64,000 bases of DNA from Poseidonia sp. (GTDB lineage Archaea > Thermoplasmatota > Poseidoniia > Poseidoniales > Poseidoniaceae). Of this stretch, positions 28,612-37,980 are shown piece after piece. The position numbers and the translations under genes are program-made. Location of the stretch: NCBI GenBank assembly GCA_038127845.1, contig JAYPIL010000001.1:7960-71959 (forward strand). Direction: 5' to 3'. The notes below the pieces were generated by a model. It saw only the letters and a program-made list of their open reading frames with translations, was not told the origin of the DNA and ran no database searches. Within the stretch, counting starts at the first letter, position 1. Each line of letters begins with the position of its first letter.

Positions 28612-29343
28612 ATGTCCAACAACGGTCCACGGGACGAGGTCTTCACCACGGTCCTTGTTAACGAAGCAGGTGAAGTGGCGGATTGGGACGCTCATCAACA
28701 ACGTTTGGAAGACCATGCAAACAGGTTACGCATCACCCTACCGAACGAACCTCCCGCGCTGAAACCAACCTTGCCAAATTGGCACTTGGCTCGTATCTCC
28801 TTCAGTAAAAACGGTATTTCGTGGAACGTCGAACATCGGAAGATGGGTTTCAGAAACGAAGCCATTGACGCCATTACACACCCAGCACCTCGGTGGAACG
28901 AACGAACCAACGGATGCAAACACGGCGACTGGTCGCCCTACAACGAAGCCAAAAAGGCAGCTGATCAGGCAGGTTGTGATGCAGCCCTCTTGGTCCACGA
29001 CCACTGCATCGTTGACGCCGACAGAGCAACACCGATGGTGCTGGATGAAGACGGAACGGTATGGATGGCGAGCGATACAGAGGGTGGCGTCAGCAGCATC
29101 ACAGCGAGTGTTCTCGAGCGTCATCTCCCGAACCTCGGATTTCCCATTGTGAAGGGAAAATTGAACGAACGCACGGTGGCGAGGTGTGCGGAATTCATTC
29201 TTGTCGGCACAGGCATGGGTGTGTGTCGGGTGGACTCGCTGGATGGTGAACCGCTCGGCCAAACGACGGTCCTCTCTCAGCGATGTCAAGAACTCCTTCA
29301 CGAACATTTTACCGAGAAGGCCACGTGGTCAAGACCGGGATGA
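28612..29343 (+). CDS. pabC: aminotransferase class IV, 4-amino-4-deoxychorismate lyase-like
   Basis: FTT, H..RL, PLP lysine in GCKHG, GV.SIT; adjacent to the pabB-pabA fusion. Confidence 0.75.
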   Translation: MSNNGPRDEVFTTVLVNEAGEVADWDAHQQRLEDHANRLRITLPNEPPALKPTLPNWHLARISFSKNGISWNVEHRKMGFRNEAIDAITHPAPRWNERTNGCKHGDWSPYNEAKKAADQAGCDAALLVHDHCIVDADRATPMVLDEDGTVWMASDTEGGVSSITASVLERHLPNLGFPIVKGKLNERTVARCAEFILVGTGMGVCRVDSLDGEPLGQTTVLSQRCQELLHEHFTEKATWSRPG

Positions 29344-29346
29344 GCC

Positions 29347-31590
29347 GTGTCACATGACCTCACCGAGACGGCCCACCAACTGACAGACGCAGGTCTGCTC
29401 GGAAAACTTGCGTTGAGGTACGGCGCACCCGACACGTGCATGCTGATTTCGGGTGGTCCCCCTTCCCACCTCGCTGAGTGGTCCCTTCTCGCTGGACCGG
29501 CGACCAAACGGGTGGTGGTTCGCCAGCCATCGAGGGATTTGTTGCCCGCTGCAGAGGCCCATTCTCCGCTCAACGGGACGTTGCGGTTGGTCACCGACAC
29601 GCCGTTGCTGAAAGCCGAGGTGGAGGAATGGAAGCACGGTTCGTGGTACCATAGCGTGACACTTCGTGCGATGAATCTTGAGGATTTGATGGAGAAACTG
29701 AAGGCCGAAACTTCCACGCAACCCTTTGCAAAAACCCATGACAGTTCCTTTCCCAATCGCCCGTTTTGGAGTGGGGGATTGGCCTATGATTTGGTCCAAT
29801 GGACCCAACCGCTCCGCCTTCAACATCCACCAACAGAGGGAACGTTGCTGGCCGTGCTTTGGCTGATAACCAAAGGCGTGGTCCAGCATCATGCCACGGG
29901 AAATCTCACCGTCTTTGGGACCGACGAAACTTGGTGCCAGGACGCACAAAAGGCCATTCAAGAGCCGATGAAAACCCCCGGTCTTCCCGCTCCTACGCAG
30001 TCTCGTGAAGCGGTGACGCACACGGATGAAACGCATCAGGACAACATCGAAGCCGTTCGCCAAGGCATTACCAGGGGTCAAGTGTATCAGGTGAACATCG
30101 GCAAACATTGGCACGGTGAAATTGACCACCCCTACGACGTGTTCCGCCGATTGATGGCCATCAATCCAGCACCCTACGCTGCGTACATCGAAGCAGAAGA
30201 CATTGGATTTGCGCTGGCCAGTTCGTCACCGGAATCGCTGTTGGTTTGCGATGAAGAGCGGGTACGCACATCGCCAATCAAGGGAACATGCCCGCAAGGC
30301 CTTTCAGAGGAAGAAAGTGAACGCCTCCGCAAGGCCATGATCATGGATGAAAAAGAGCGGGCTGAACACCGAATGTTGGTTGATCTCATGCGCAACGACC
30401 TCACGCAATTTTGCAAGCCCGGAACCGTTGAGGTCGAACGCTTTGACGTGGAATCCTATGCCAACGTCCAACACCTTGTGAGTCACGTCACTGCTACCGT
30501 TGCTGATGATGCCAACGGCAACACGGCCCTTCAGTCAATTTTCCCCGGCGGTTCCATCACCGGTTGCCCCCGAACGGTGGTGTGTGCGGTCATTGACGAG
30601 TTGGAACAGATGCCCCGCTCATTTTGGACAGGTTCGGTAGGATACGTGGACGTTCACTCTGGAAAAAGTGCGTGGAACATTCTTATTCGTACGCTTGAGG
30701 CACATCGCAAGGGAACGACGTGGAAGGCATCGGTTGGAGCAGGCGGAGGCATTACCATCGCCTCACAGGCTGAGAAAGAAGTGGAGGAAGCGGCGTGGAA
30801 AGGAGCAGCGCTTCGCGTGGCTGCAGGTTGGATGCGAGAAGAACACCTGACCTTACCCACCGGCACCTTGAGCATCCACCCGGTCGATGCATCTTCTCCA
30901 CCACGACCAAGGCAACCTTGTGGATCGATACGCTCACTTGAATCGGTGTTGAAAGACGACGAGAATGCAGGGATTCTCTTCATCGATAACTTGGATTCGT
31001 TCTCGCTCAACATCGCCGATGCGATGGCACAGGCCGGCCACGATGTCACCGTCTTGGAAGGACGCTCCCCGAAAGCTCAGCGCTATCTTGACCCCGTGGC
31101 CTTGCACGGTTTGCTCGAACGACTCCAGCCATCCCACCTTGTTCTGGGACCGGGCCCGGGGCAACCAAGCGACTGCCCGTTGACGATGGCGCTGGCTCAC
31201 CACGCGCTTGCGGGTCAACTTGACATGCCCGTGCTGGGCATTTGTCTCGGTCATCAAGCTCTTGCAGAGGCCGATGGATGGGAGATTGCACGGTCCCCTT
31301 ACGGTCCCGTTCACGGTGTTCCAACAACCGTTGAGCACGACGGTACCGGGTTGTTTGAATCCATCAAGAGTCCGTCCATGTTGCTCACCCGTTACAATTC
31401 GCTGATCGCCGTCGCCAACGAAGGCCACGCGCTGATTGAAAATGCCACGGAAGCATCGACAGGATTGAACATGGGATTGCGCCATCCCAAACTGCCCGTT
31501 CACAGCCTGCAGGTTCATCCCGAATCCATCGGGTCGTTGGCCGGTTCAGCCCTCTTGGAGGCTTTTCTTGGAATTCAATCGGATGGTTGA
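29347..31590 (+). CDS. pabB: fused aminodeoxychorismate synthase (PabB) + glutamine amidotransferase (PabA)
   Basis: YQVN, SSPE, PIKGT, EHRMLVDLMRND, FPGGSITG; then IDNLDSF, GPGPG, GICLGHQ, HPES. Confidence 0.88.
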   Translation: MSHDLTETAHQLTDAGLLGKLALRYGAPDTCMLISGGPPSHLAEWSLLAGPATKRVVVRQPSRDLLPAAEAHSPLNGTLRLVTDTPLLKAEVEEWKHGSWYHSVTLRAMNLEDLMEKLKAETSTQPFAKTHDSSFPNRPFWSGGLAYDLVQWTQPLRLQHPPTEGTLLAVLWLITKGVVQHHATGNLTVFGTDETWCQDAQKAIQEPMKTPGLPAPTQSREAVTHTDETHQDNIEAVRQGITRGQVYQVNIGKHWHGEIDHPYDVFRRLMAINPAPYAAYIEAEDIGFALASSSPESLLVCDEERVRTSPIKGTCPQGLSEEESERLRKAMIMDEKERAEHRMLVDLMRNDLTQFCKPGTVEVERFDVESYANVQHLVSHVTATVADDANGNTALQSIFPGGSITGCPRTVVCAVIDELEQMPRSFWTGSVGYVDVHSGKSAWNILIRTLEAHRKGTTWKASVGAGGGITIASQAEKEVEEAAWKGAALRVAAGWMREEHLTLPTGTLSIHPVDASSPPRPRQPCGSIRSLESVLKDDENAGILFIDNLDSFSLNIADAMAQAGHDVTVLEGRSPKAQRYLDPVALHGLLERLQPSHLVLGPGPGQPSDCPLTMALAHHALAGQLDMPVLGICLGHQALAEADGWEIARSPYGPVHGVPTTVEHDGTGLFESIKSPSMLLTRYNSLIAVANEGHALIENATEASTGLNMGLRHPKLPVHSLQVHPESIGSLAGSALLEAFLGIQSDG

Positions 31591-31626
31591 AGAATCCCTT
31601 GCCGCTGGCTTGGATGAGGAACCACC

Positions 31627-32013
31627 ATGCCGAACTGTCGTCACTGCGGAAGCACGTACCCACGTGAGTTCTTCATCCACGGAAACGGGCCCATGACGCA
31701 AGTCTGTGTTCGCTGCGGCGTCGACAAAGGCCTCGTCACGAAGGAAGAGGTCCCTGTCCTGTTTGACAAGAGCACTGCAAGTGCACGTTTCTCAACGGTT
31801 GCCCGTCGCTACAGCATCTTCCTCTATCTGCCGTTTCTCTGGATCCTGTGGGCTGCGACCCTGTCCGACGTTCAACCCTGGGGCCTCTTTTTCCTCGGCC
31901 TGCTCCTGCTGTTGACCTTGGCTGCACCCGTTCTCTTCATCTACCGCGGTGGACGATATTCTGGCGATATGGCACGTCTTTCGCCGGCTTACGACCGACC
32001 CAAAGGGCATTGA
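31627..32013 (+). CDS. zinc-ribbon membrane protein
   Basis: CRHC...CVRC followed by two TM segments. Confidence 0.7.
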   Translation: MPNCRHCGSTYPREFFIHGNGPMTQVCVRCGVDKGLVTKEEVPVLFDKSTASARFSTVARRYSIFLYLPFLWILWAATLSDVQPWGLFFLGLLLLLTLAAPVLFIYRGGRYSGDMARLSPAYDRPKGH

Positions 32014-32021
32014 AGGCCCCG

Positions 32022-33308
32022 TCAGTTTTTAGCGTGAATTTTCAGCACATCGCCATCGGCAAGTTCGTGGTCGGCGCCAACAACACGGCGCGTTCGGCCA
32101 TCAACACCACGAATAAAGCCCTCTCCGAGGTCAGTATGGACCCGGCTCGCTAAGGCCTTGGCTTGAATGCCTTGCGGGACTACGAAGGCGTCCGGCAGGA
32201 CCCGTCCCTCGCCGTCGACCCAATGCGTTTCGTCTTGAACGGGATAGACCACGATGTGATTCAATTGGTCAAACAAAACGCCATCCATCAACGTGGCCAG
32301 TCCCGTACCGTCCTGTGCTTTGAGCCGTTGTTGCATGTGGTCGAGGGCCTTTTGCTGGGGTTCGCTCAACGATGCTGGGTCGTGCACCTCAAACGATGCA
32401 TCCCCAGAGCGGTATCGAATCAACCCCGATGCCTCGGCTCGCCGCAAAGCCAATTCCATGTCCGCCATGCAGGCGACCATGGTGTGGTTGGGAAACGATG
32501 TGACAACCCCTTTCGGCGCAATATCTGCCTTGTTGGCTGCGTAGACGATGGGGAACAACTGCAGACGCATGCTTTGACCCAACCGATGAAGAATGGCGGT
32601 ATCCCAATCCCAGGGTTGAAGGTCAGGGCTGTTGTTTTCGTTGAAATGCTGCATGCCTTGCAAAACCAGCGTGGGCGTTGCGCCCAGACCGCTTAGGCGC
32701 TCGTGGATGAAGGACATCAAGCCTTTCTCACCCTCAGCCTGAACACGACGAACACCACGATTCCATCCGTCTTCGAGTAAGCCCCCTATCCAAGCATCCA
32801 ACTCAAGTTCCAAGAAGGATATTTCCGCATTGACCGAATCGACGGCATCGTCAAGCGAGGCTGCAGTTCCGAGAAACTGCCCCTCGATATCGGTTGAGCC
32901 TGCTGCATCAACGACCTGTATGAGCACGTCGCAATTGGCTAAATCTGCTAAAAACGCGTTTCCTCGACCTCGCCCTTCACTGGCACCGGGGACGAGACCG
33001 GCCACATCAACAAGCGCAACGGGAACCAAACGTCGGTGACCAACACAGGTGCCCGTCCTCGGTTGACAGAGACTTCCTTGACGAGGGTCCTCGCTCGATG
33101 CAGCCTCAAGTCGCCCCTCTTCCTCCAACTTCTCCCGCAACGCCTTGCACGGGCAAGGCAGGCGCGCCTCAACAAAGGCCACGCCTACATTCGGGTCAAT
33201 CGTACAGAACGGATAGTTGGCGATGTCAACCTGAGCAAGGGTTGCTGCACTGAACAACGTGGACTTCCCAACGTTGGGTTTGCCCACCAGCCCAATGCGC
33301 ACCTGCAT
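32022..33308 (-). CDS. ychF: YchF/Obg-family translation-associated NTPase
   Basis: GKPNVGKST, YPFCTIDPN, DVAGL, NKAD, C-terminal TGS domain (HTDLG); the alternative GTG start at 33326 overlaps the upstream stop. Confidence 0.9.
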   Translation of the reverse strand: MQVRIGLVGKPNVGKSTLFSAATLAQVDIANYPFCTIDPNVGVAFVEARLPCPCKALREKLEEEGRLEAASSEDPRQGSLCQPRTGTCVGHRRLVPVALVDVAGLVPGASEGRGRGNAFLADLANCDVLIQVVDAAGSTDIEGQFLGTAASLDDAVDSVNAEISFLELELDAWIGGLLEDGWNRGVRRVQAEGEKGLMSFIHERLSGLGATPTLVLQGMQHFNENNSPDLQPWDWDTAILHRLGQSMRLQLFPIVYAANKADIAPKGVVTSFPNHTMVACMADMELALRRAEASGLIRYRSGDASFEVHDPASLSEPQQKALDHMQQRLKAQDGTGLATLMDGVLFDQLNHIVVYPVQDETHWVDGEGRVLPDAFVVPQGIQAKALASRVHTDLGEGFIRGVDGRTRRVVGADHELADGDVLKIHAKN

Positions 33309-33322
33309 CACCCTTTGAGGGC

Positions 33323-35308
33323 TCACTCCTCTTCTTCAGAGCGTGTGATGTCGTGATCTCGCTTGATTTGAGCGATGGCGATATCAAGTTCGGGAAGGTT
33401 GAGTTCTCCATCCCCATCGAGGTCCATGCTCTCCACCAATTCAGCAGCTTCCAACGAAGAGAGAGCCGTGATGTCGGATGCTTCGAGAGCAGCGAGGAAT
33501 TCACGGCTGTCAATCTTGCCGGAATCGTCCAAGTCCATGCTTCGGAACAGCGTAAATACGGACTGATTGGTGTCAACAAGATACTGAACAAAGTCGATCA
33601 TGACCTGAGCGGTCGTGGTCGGGAATTCCGTGATTTCGTCGTTGTGAAGAGCGGCTTCAACGCCGATGATGGTGGAGCCACCCTCCTTCTCCTCTGCTTC
33701 GCTGACCACCAGTTCGGTGTCCACGCCGACGCCACGTCCGATGAGGGCTCGAATGGTGGTTGACGACCCAGCCACGAGCGTGTAGGTTGAGACATCCGAT
33801 TCATCGTTGGCTTCCAACGTGCGTCCTGAGGCGGAAATACCCGTGCGAATGGTCACCATCGTGGCCAGGATGGCCCCAATGCCAAGCAGATAGAAGAGGC
33901 CAGCACCGGTGAGGTAGAAACCGCCGTTGTTGGCAACGACGTCCTCAACCTCTGATGCGGCGACGGCGTTGAAGGTGAATTCGCCCGTGAGGAAGGTCAA
34001 GGTGGAGGCAACGCCGCCAACGACCACCATCCAAGCCGCCAACTTGGCCGTTGAGGGCGTCGCCAGAGGCTTGCCGATGGCAAGAGGATAGTTGGTGAAG
34101 ACGCCAGCGAGAATCAGCAGACCGCCCACGGTGAACATCATGCCCATGTCAATGGCGTGAGCCATGGAACCCAAGTCTCCGGTTCCAACAAACGTGTCCA
34201 TGGCGGTGAAGTAACCGCCAACGGCAAAGAAGGGAAGAACGAGGAAAGCCATGGTACCCGCCACGGCGCCGGGCTGTTTGACCACGGAACTCAGGCCGGA
34301 CGAGGCGGTCATCAGGAGATTGACGGAAGCAGCGAAAATGGGAAGAACACCCAACGTAAGCAGAATGGCTCCGAGGTTGGTCACGAAGTTGCTACTTGAA
34401 GCATCGGTCATGAAAAACGGTGGAATGGTCATGAACAACAACAGCATGCTTGCGGAGCGCATCGAACCTGACCAGATGGGTTGCTTCGACGCCATCGGTA
34501 TCACGTGGTAGCCAACGGCGAACATGAGGGCCAGAGGTACCCAGCCGAGGGCCACACGCTCGGCGAGCCAGACCGTTTGGGTGGATCCTGCGAGCTCGCC
34601 AAAGAACATGTAGACCATGGAGAGAATGTAAGCGGTGATTCCCATGATGAGGAACCAGGCACTGGTCTGCAATTCCTGTTCACCGCGTTGTGCCACGGTG
34701 ATGAGCACGTTGATGAGGATTGGAACGAGCAACAGGCCAACAGCCAACGTCTCGAGGCTGTAGAGTATCGTCGCTACGCCGCCGGTTTCCGTATCGATGT
34801 CAAGGAAGCCAAAGATGAACGGAAGGATGTAGGTTGCCAAGAGAATGACAGAAAGCAGCAAAGCGACCATGGAAGCGTTGGCCTCGCTGGCCAATCGTCC
34901 GTTGCCGTTGCGTGCGGCAGCGACCATACCACTCCCGATCAAACCGTAAAGCAAAGCGATGGAAAGGAAGTTGACGGTGGCGTCTCGAAGCGAAGACCCG
35001 TCGTCGTATGACCAGCCGACACTTGCGAGCGAGTCCAGTGCATTCGGGTCGTAGTTGTGCCAACCTGCAAGGAAACCAAGGATGGCAGCAAAAACAAACC
35101 ACAACATACCGAAATTCATCCAAGTTCGTGAACCGCTTCCGTCTTTGTCGTCAAAGATGTCAACAAGGCCTGGAGGGTTCTTGCGGAGAATGAACAAGCC
35201 GATTTGCTGCAGGGCACCGCCAACGGTTCCCACGCCTTTCGCAAGCGATTGAGAGAGAGCAAACAACACGGCTACCAGCACGCCGCCGGTCAAGAAAACG
35301 GTCTCCAT
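33323..35308 (-). CDS. CcoN-like (cbb3 oxidase subunit I fold) membrane protein lacking His ligands, with C-terminal EF-hand pair
   Basis: About 12-13 TM segments; GYHVIP...QPIWS, RLAS and SAWF resemble CcoN motifs; EF loops DLDDSGKIDSRE and DLDGDGELNLPE. Confidence 0.7.
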   Translation of the reverse strand: METVFLTGGVLVAVLFALSQSLAKGVGTVGGALQQIGLFILRKNPPGLVDIFDDKDGSGSRTWMNFGMLWFVFAAILGFLAGWHNYDPNALDSLASVGWSYDDGSSLRDATVNFLSIALLYGLIGSGMVAAARNGNGRLASEANASMVALLLSVILLATYILPFIFGFLDIDTETGGVATILYSLETLAVGLLLVPILINVLITVAQRGEQELQTSAWFLIMGITAYILSMVYMFFGELAGSTQTVWLAERVALGWVPLALMFAVGYHVIPMASKQPIWSGSMRSASMLLLFMTIPPFFMTDASSSNFVTNLGAILLTLGVLPIFAASVNLLMTASSGLSSVVKQPGAVAGTMAFLVLPFFAVGGYFTAMDTFVGTGDLGSMAHAIDMGMMFTVGGLLILAGVFTNYPLAIGKPLATPSTAKLAAWMVVVGGVASTLTFLTGEFTFNAVAASEVEDVVANNGGFYLTGAGLFYLLGIGAILATMVTIRTGISASGRTLEANDESDVSTYTLVAGSSTTIRALIGRGVGVDTELVVSEAEEKEGGSTIIGVEAALHNDEITEFPTTTAQVMIDFVQYLVDTNQSVFTLFRSMDLDDSGKIDSREFLAALEASDITALSSLEAAELVESMDLDGDGELNLPELDIAIAQIKRDHDITRSEEEE

Positions 35309-35322
35309 ACATCACACCTCCA

Positions 35323-35595
35323 TCATTCGGCGAGGACCTCACCCACCAAGGTGGCAACAATCGCACCAACGCCAATCAAGAAGCCGATGAGGTAGTACCA
35401 AATGCCGCTCCCTCCAAGGTTCTGGACCAGCGGAACCAGTTCACCAAGAAGCGGAAGATTGTCCCAACCAAAAACGTTCGAGAACAGAGAATAGAGGCCG
35501 AGCAAGCCGACAAAGAACAACGTCAAGACAATTCGGCTGGCTGTTGGTTCGCCTGCGCCGACCGTCGTGTCGGGCAGACCTCGCGTGTTCGTCAT
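35323..35595 (-). CDS. small membrane protein
   Basis: Two hydrophobic segments; SD-like GAGGTG upstream. Confidence 0.7.
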   Translation of the reverse strand: MTNTRGLPDTTVGAGEPTASRIVLTLFFVGLLGLYSLFSNVFGWDNLPLLGELVPLVQNLGGSGIWYYLIGFLIGVGAIVATLVGEVLAE

Positions 35596-35610
35596 GCAGG
35601 GCACCTCAAA

Positions 35611-35629
35611 TTGACCCCATAGGGGTCAA
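35611..35629. promoter_or_regulatory. perfect palindrome, candidate operator
   Basis: TTGACCCC-ATA-GGGGTCAA just upstream of the 35595 start. Confidence 0.55.
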
Positions 35630-35703
35630 GCCTCCGACTTGACGGGCGGTGATAAACATTCACCACTGAAAATGACGAAAAATCACACCCTGCGAGGCGT
35701 TCT

Positions 35704-36879
35704 TCAAGGCGAGCGAAGGATTTCTGAAGCGCGTCCACGGCGAGGTTTTGAAACACCCAGCGGGAGGGGGAGTTGCCGTTCGAGCTCAATCTCTGTTCGC
35801 CACACCGATTGGCAGCCGCACGACAGTCCCTCAAATTCCAACAAACTTCCAGATACAGCGTAGCGTTCGATGGCGGCGACCACCTCGGCGTCGCATTGCC
35901 CGCAGTTGTGAGAACCGCGAATTTTCCCACCTGCTGTGGGATGAACGATCAGCCTCGAGACTTGGTCGTCATCACCGTTGACACCACCGTTCGGGTGAAT
36001 CACGGGATGTGCTCGTTGAATCATGTCAACCAACGACCACAACCATGGAGGGCGATACTCGTTGTGTCGGTGGAGGCGGTCGATGACCGTCCCCCGTTGA
36101 ATGTTCATCGGATTGACGGAAATTTCGTCCGACCGTTCAGCAATGGCTTCAATCCAGCGAACGCAGTGGTCCAAGGCATCGGCCTCGCTCATGAACGGGG
36201 GTTTGAACATCAAGTAGGTCTTGATTCGGAGATTGAAGGCCTGAAGATTGGTCACGGCGCGGTCCCAGGATGCAGTGGAGAATCCTTTGTTGACGTGGAA
36301 ACGGAGCACCTCATCGTCGTAGGCTTCCAAGCCGATGGCTACCGTGAACGACGGGTTGATTGAAGTGGCCCAACTCAGTTTTTCCTCCGTGAGCTGTTCA
36401 CATCGGCTCTCAACGATGAGTTCCTTACCGAGGTCGGCACAATCCCTGAGGACTGTTTCTTGGAATTCAACCGGAATTTCACGGTCTTCGAGCAGGCTAC
36501 CCGAGGTGTAGACTTTGACCATAGCCTGGTCGGTGAAATTGTCAAATTTCTCCTTGGCTGCAGCCCATTGTGCGTGCAAATCCTCGTTGGTGACGTCGTC
36601 TCGTGTGTCGTTGAAGTAGCCACAGAAGGTGCATCCGGACGACCACCACCAGTGGCACCCTTTGGTTCGCAAAATAACCGTGACAGCGGTGCACGGCGTT
36701 CCATCTGCAAGCACCTCCGGCGTGGTGTAGACCGTCGCCGGTTCGCTGGCATCCCAAGATTGCTGTTTGGCTTTCGCCCACGGCGTGTTCGCTGGGGCTT
36801 TGACCAAATCGTGAATTCGCAAACCCTTCTTCCCTTGACCGAGAAGAGAAATCGGGTCGGCTTGAGTCATGGGCATCAC
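35704..36879 (-). CDS. radical SAM protein RaSEA (archaeosine biosynthesis)
   Basis: ILRTKGC-x7-C-x2-C, KVYTSGS, VESR, YRPPWLWS, RGSHNCGQC. Confidence 0.88.
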   Translation of the reverse strand: MMPMTQADPISLLGQGKKGLRIHDLVKAPANTPWAKAKQQSWDASEPATVYTTPEVLADGTPCTAVTVILRTKGCHWWWSSGCTFCGYFNDTRDDVTNEDLHAQWAAAKEKFDNFTDQAMVKVYTSGSLLEDREIPVEFQETVLRDCADLGKELIVESRCEQLTEEKLSWATSINPSFTVAIGLEAYDDEVLRFHVNKGFSTASWDRAVTNLQAFNLRIKTYLMFKPPFMSEADALDHCVRWIEAIAERSDEISVNPMNIQRGTVIDRLHRHNEYRPPWLWSLVDMIQRAHPVIHPNGGVNGDDDQVSRLIVHPTAGGKIRGSHNCGQCDAEVVAAIERYAVSGSLLEFEGLSCGCQSVWRTEIELERQLPLPLGVSKPRRGRASEILRSP

Positions 36880-36906
36880 CGCAAGGCTCCGTCAGCGTCT
36901 TCCGCT

Positions 36907-37980
36907 TCAAACCACCGCACCCGGCTTGCCGATGCTCTCTTCGAAGAAACCGACCATTCTGTCTCGGTATTCGTCAGGATGCGTGAGCATCGTGGTGATG
37001 TGCGAGAGAACGCCTTCTCGTCCTCGGTCGTTATGGGCAACGGCTGAGGATTCAAACCAACACTCCACCAAACCGTCTTCGCTTACACTTGCCTGTGCCG
37101 CTTCGCACATCGCTTTTCCGTGGTAGGTATTGATACGAACATCCTCGAGTGAATGAACGACGTAAACGGCACGATCACCCACCGTGTTCATTGCTTCAAT
37201 CGGTTCATATTTGACCAAATTGTCTCCAGACGAGACCTTTCCTGCAAAGAGGGCTGCATCCTTGAGAAAAGTTGGGAACCCAGCAAAAACGAGTTCCTCT
37301 TCAATTACATTGCCCATGGATGAATAAGGCGATTCAAGGAAAACGGATTGAAGCCTTGGTTCTTGTTCGAAAGCGATGGTGACTGCCCCTGCACCCATCG
37401 AAATACCAACAGCTCCGATGTGTTCGGGTTCAGCACCCTTTACGTCTTGGAGCCACTGCCAGACTGCCAAAACATCCCGGTGTTCTCGTTGACCTGCCGA
37501 TACCAAACCGTCTTCCATGGTGCTGTTCCCGTGATCGCGCATGTCGAACAAAATCACATTGTACCCAGACTGGTAAAGCCAAGCGGCAGGAATGAGGGCC
37601 TCGTGATTGGCTTTGCAGGACCGAATGCCGTGAACCACCATCACCCAGGGATCGTTGGTTCCGTGTTCCATTACCCACCCCGCGAGGGTGATCGATTCGT
37701 CGGGCACATCAATGGAAACGTTCTCCCATTGGTCAAACCAAAGCGGTTCGAGATTGGCGGCCAACGTCTCGTTCTTTTGATGCGTGACTGTGGTCACATC
37801 CTCGTGCCACAATTCAACGCTGAATTCATCGGGTGAATTGCGAGCAGAATGACCCGAACAATCCGGACTGTTGGCCGCTGCTTGGGTGTAGACGAGGTTG
37901 CCGGCTTGATAGTAAACAACAGGCATGCTTGCGATGAGCAGCACCAATAAGGCCGGCACGGTTCGTTTCCATCTGCTCAT
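36907..37980 (-). CDS. membrane-anchored alpha/beta hydrolase
   Basis: N-terminal TM, VVHG, FDMRDHG, GISMG nucleophile elbow, D and H triad candidates. Confidence 0.88.
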   Translation of the reverse strand: MSRWKRTVPALLVLLIASMPVVYYQAGNLVYTQAAANSPDCSGHSARNSPDEFSVELWHEDVTTVTHQKNETLAANLEPLWFDQWENVSIDVPDESITLAGWVMEHGTNDPWVMVVHGIRSCKANHEALIPAAWLYQSGYNVILFDMRDHGNSTMEDGLVSAGQREHRDVLAVWQWLQDVKGAEPEHIGAVGISMGAGAVTIAFEQEPRLQSVFLESPYSSMGNVIEEELVFAGFPTFLKDAALFAGKVSSGDNLVKYEPIEAMNTVGDRAVYVVHSLEDVRINTYHGKAMCEAAQASVSEDGLVECWFESSAVAHNDRGREGVLSHITTMLTHPDEYRDRMVGFFEESIGKPGAVV

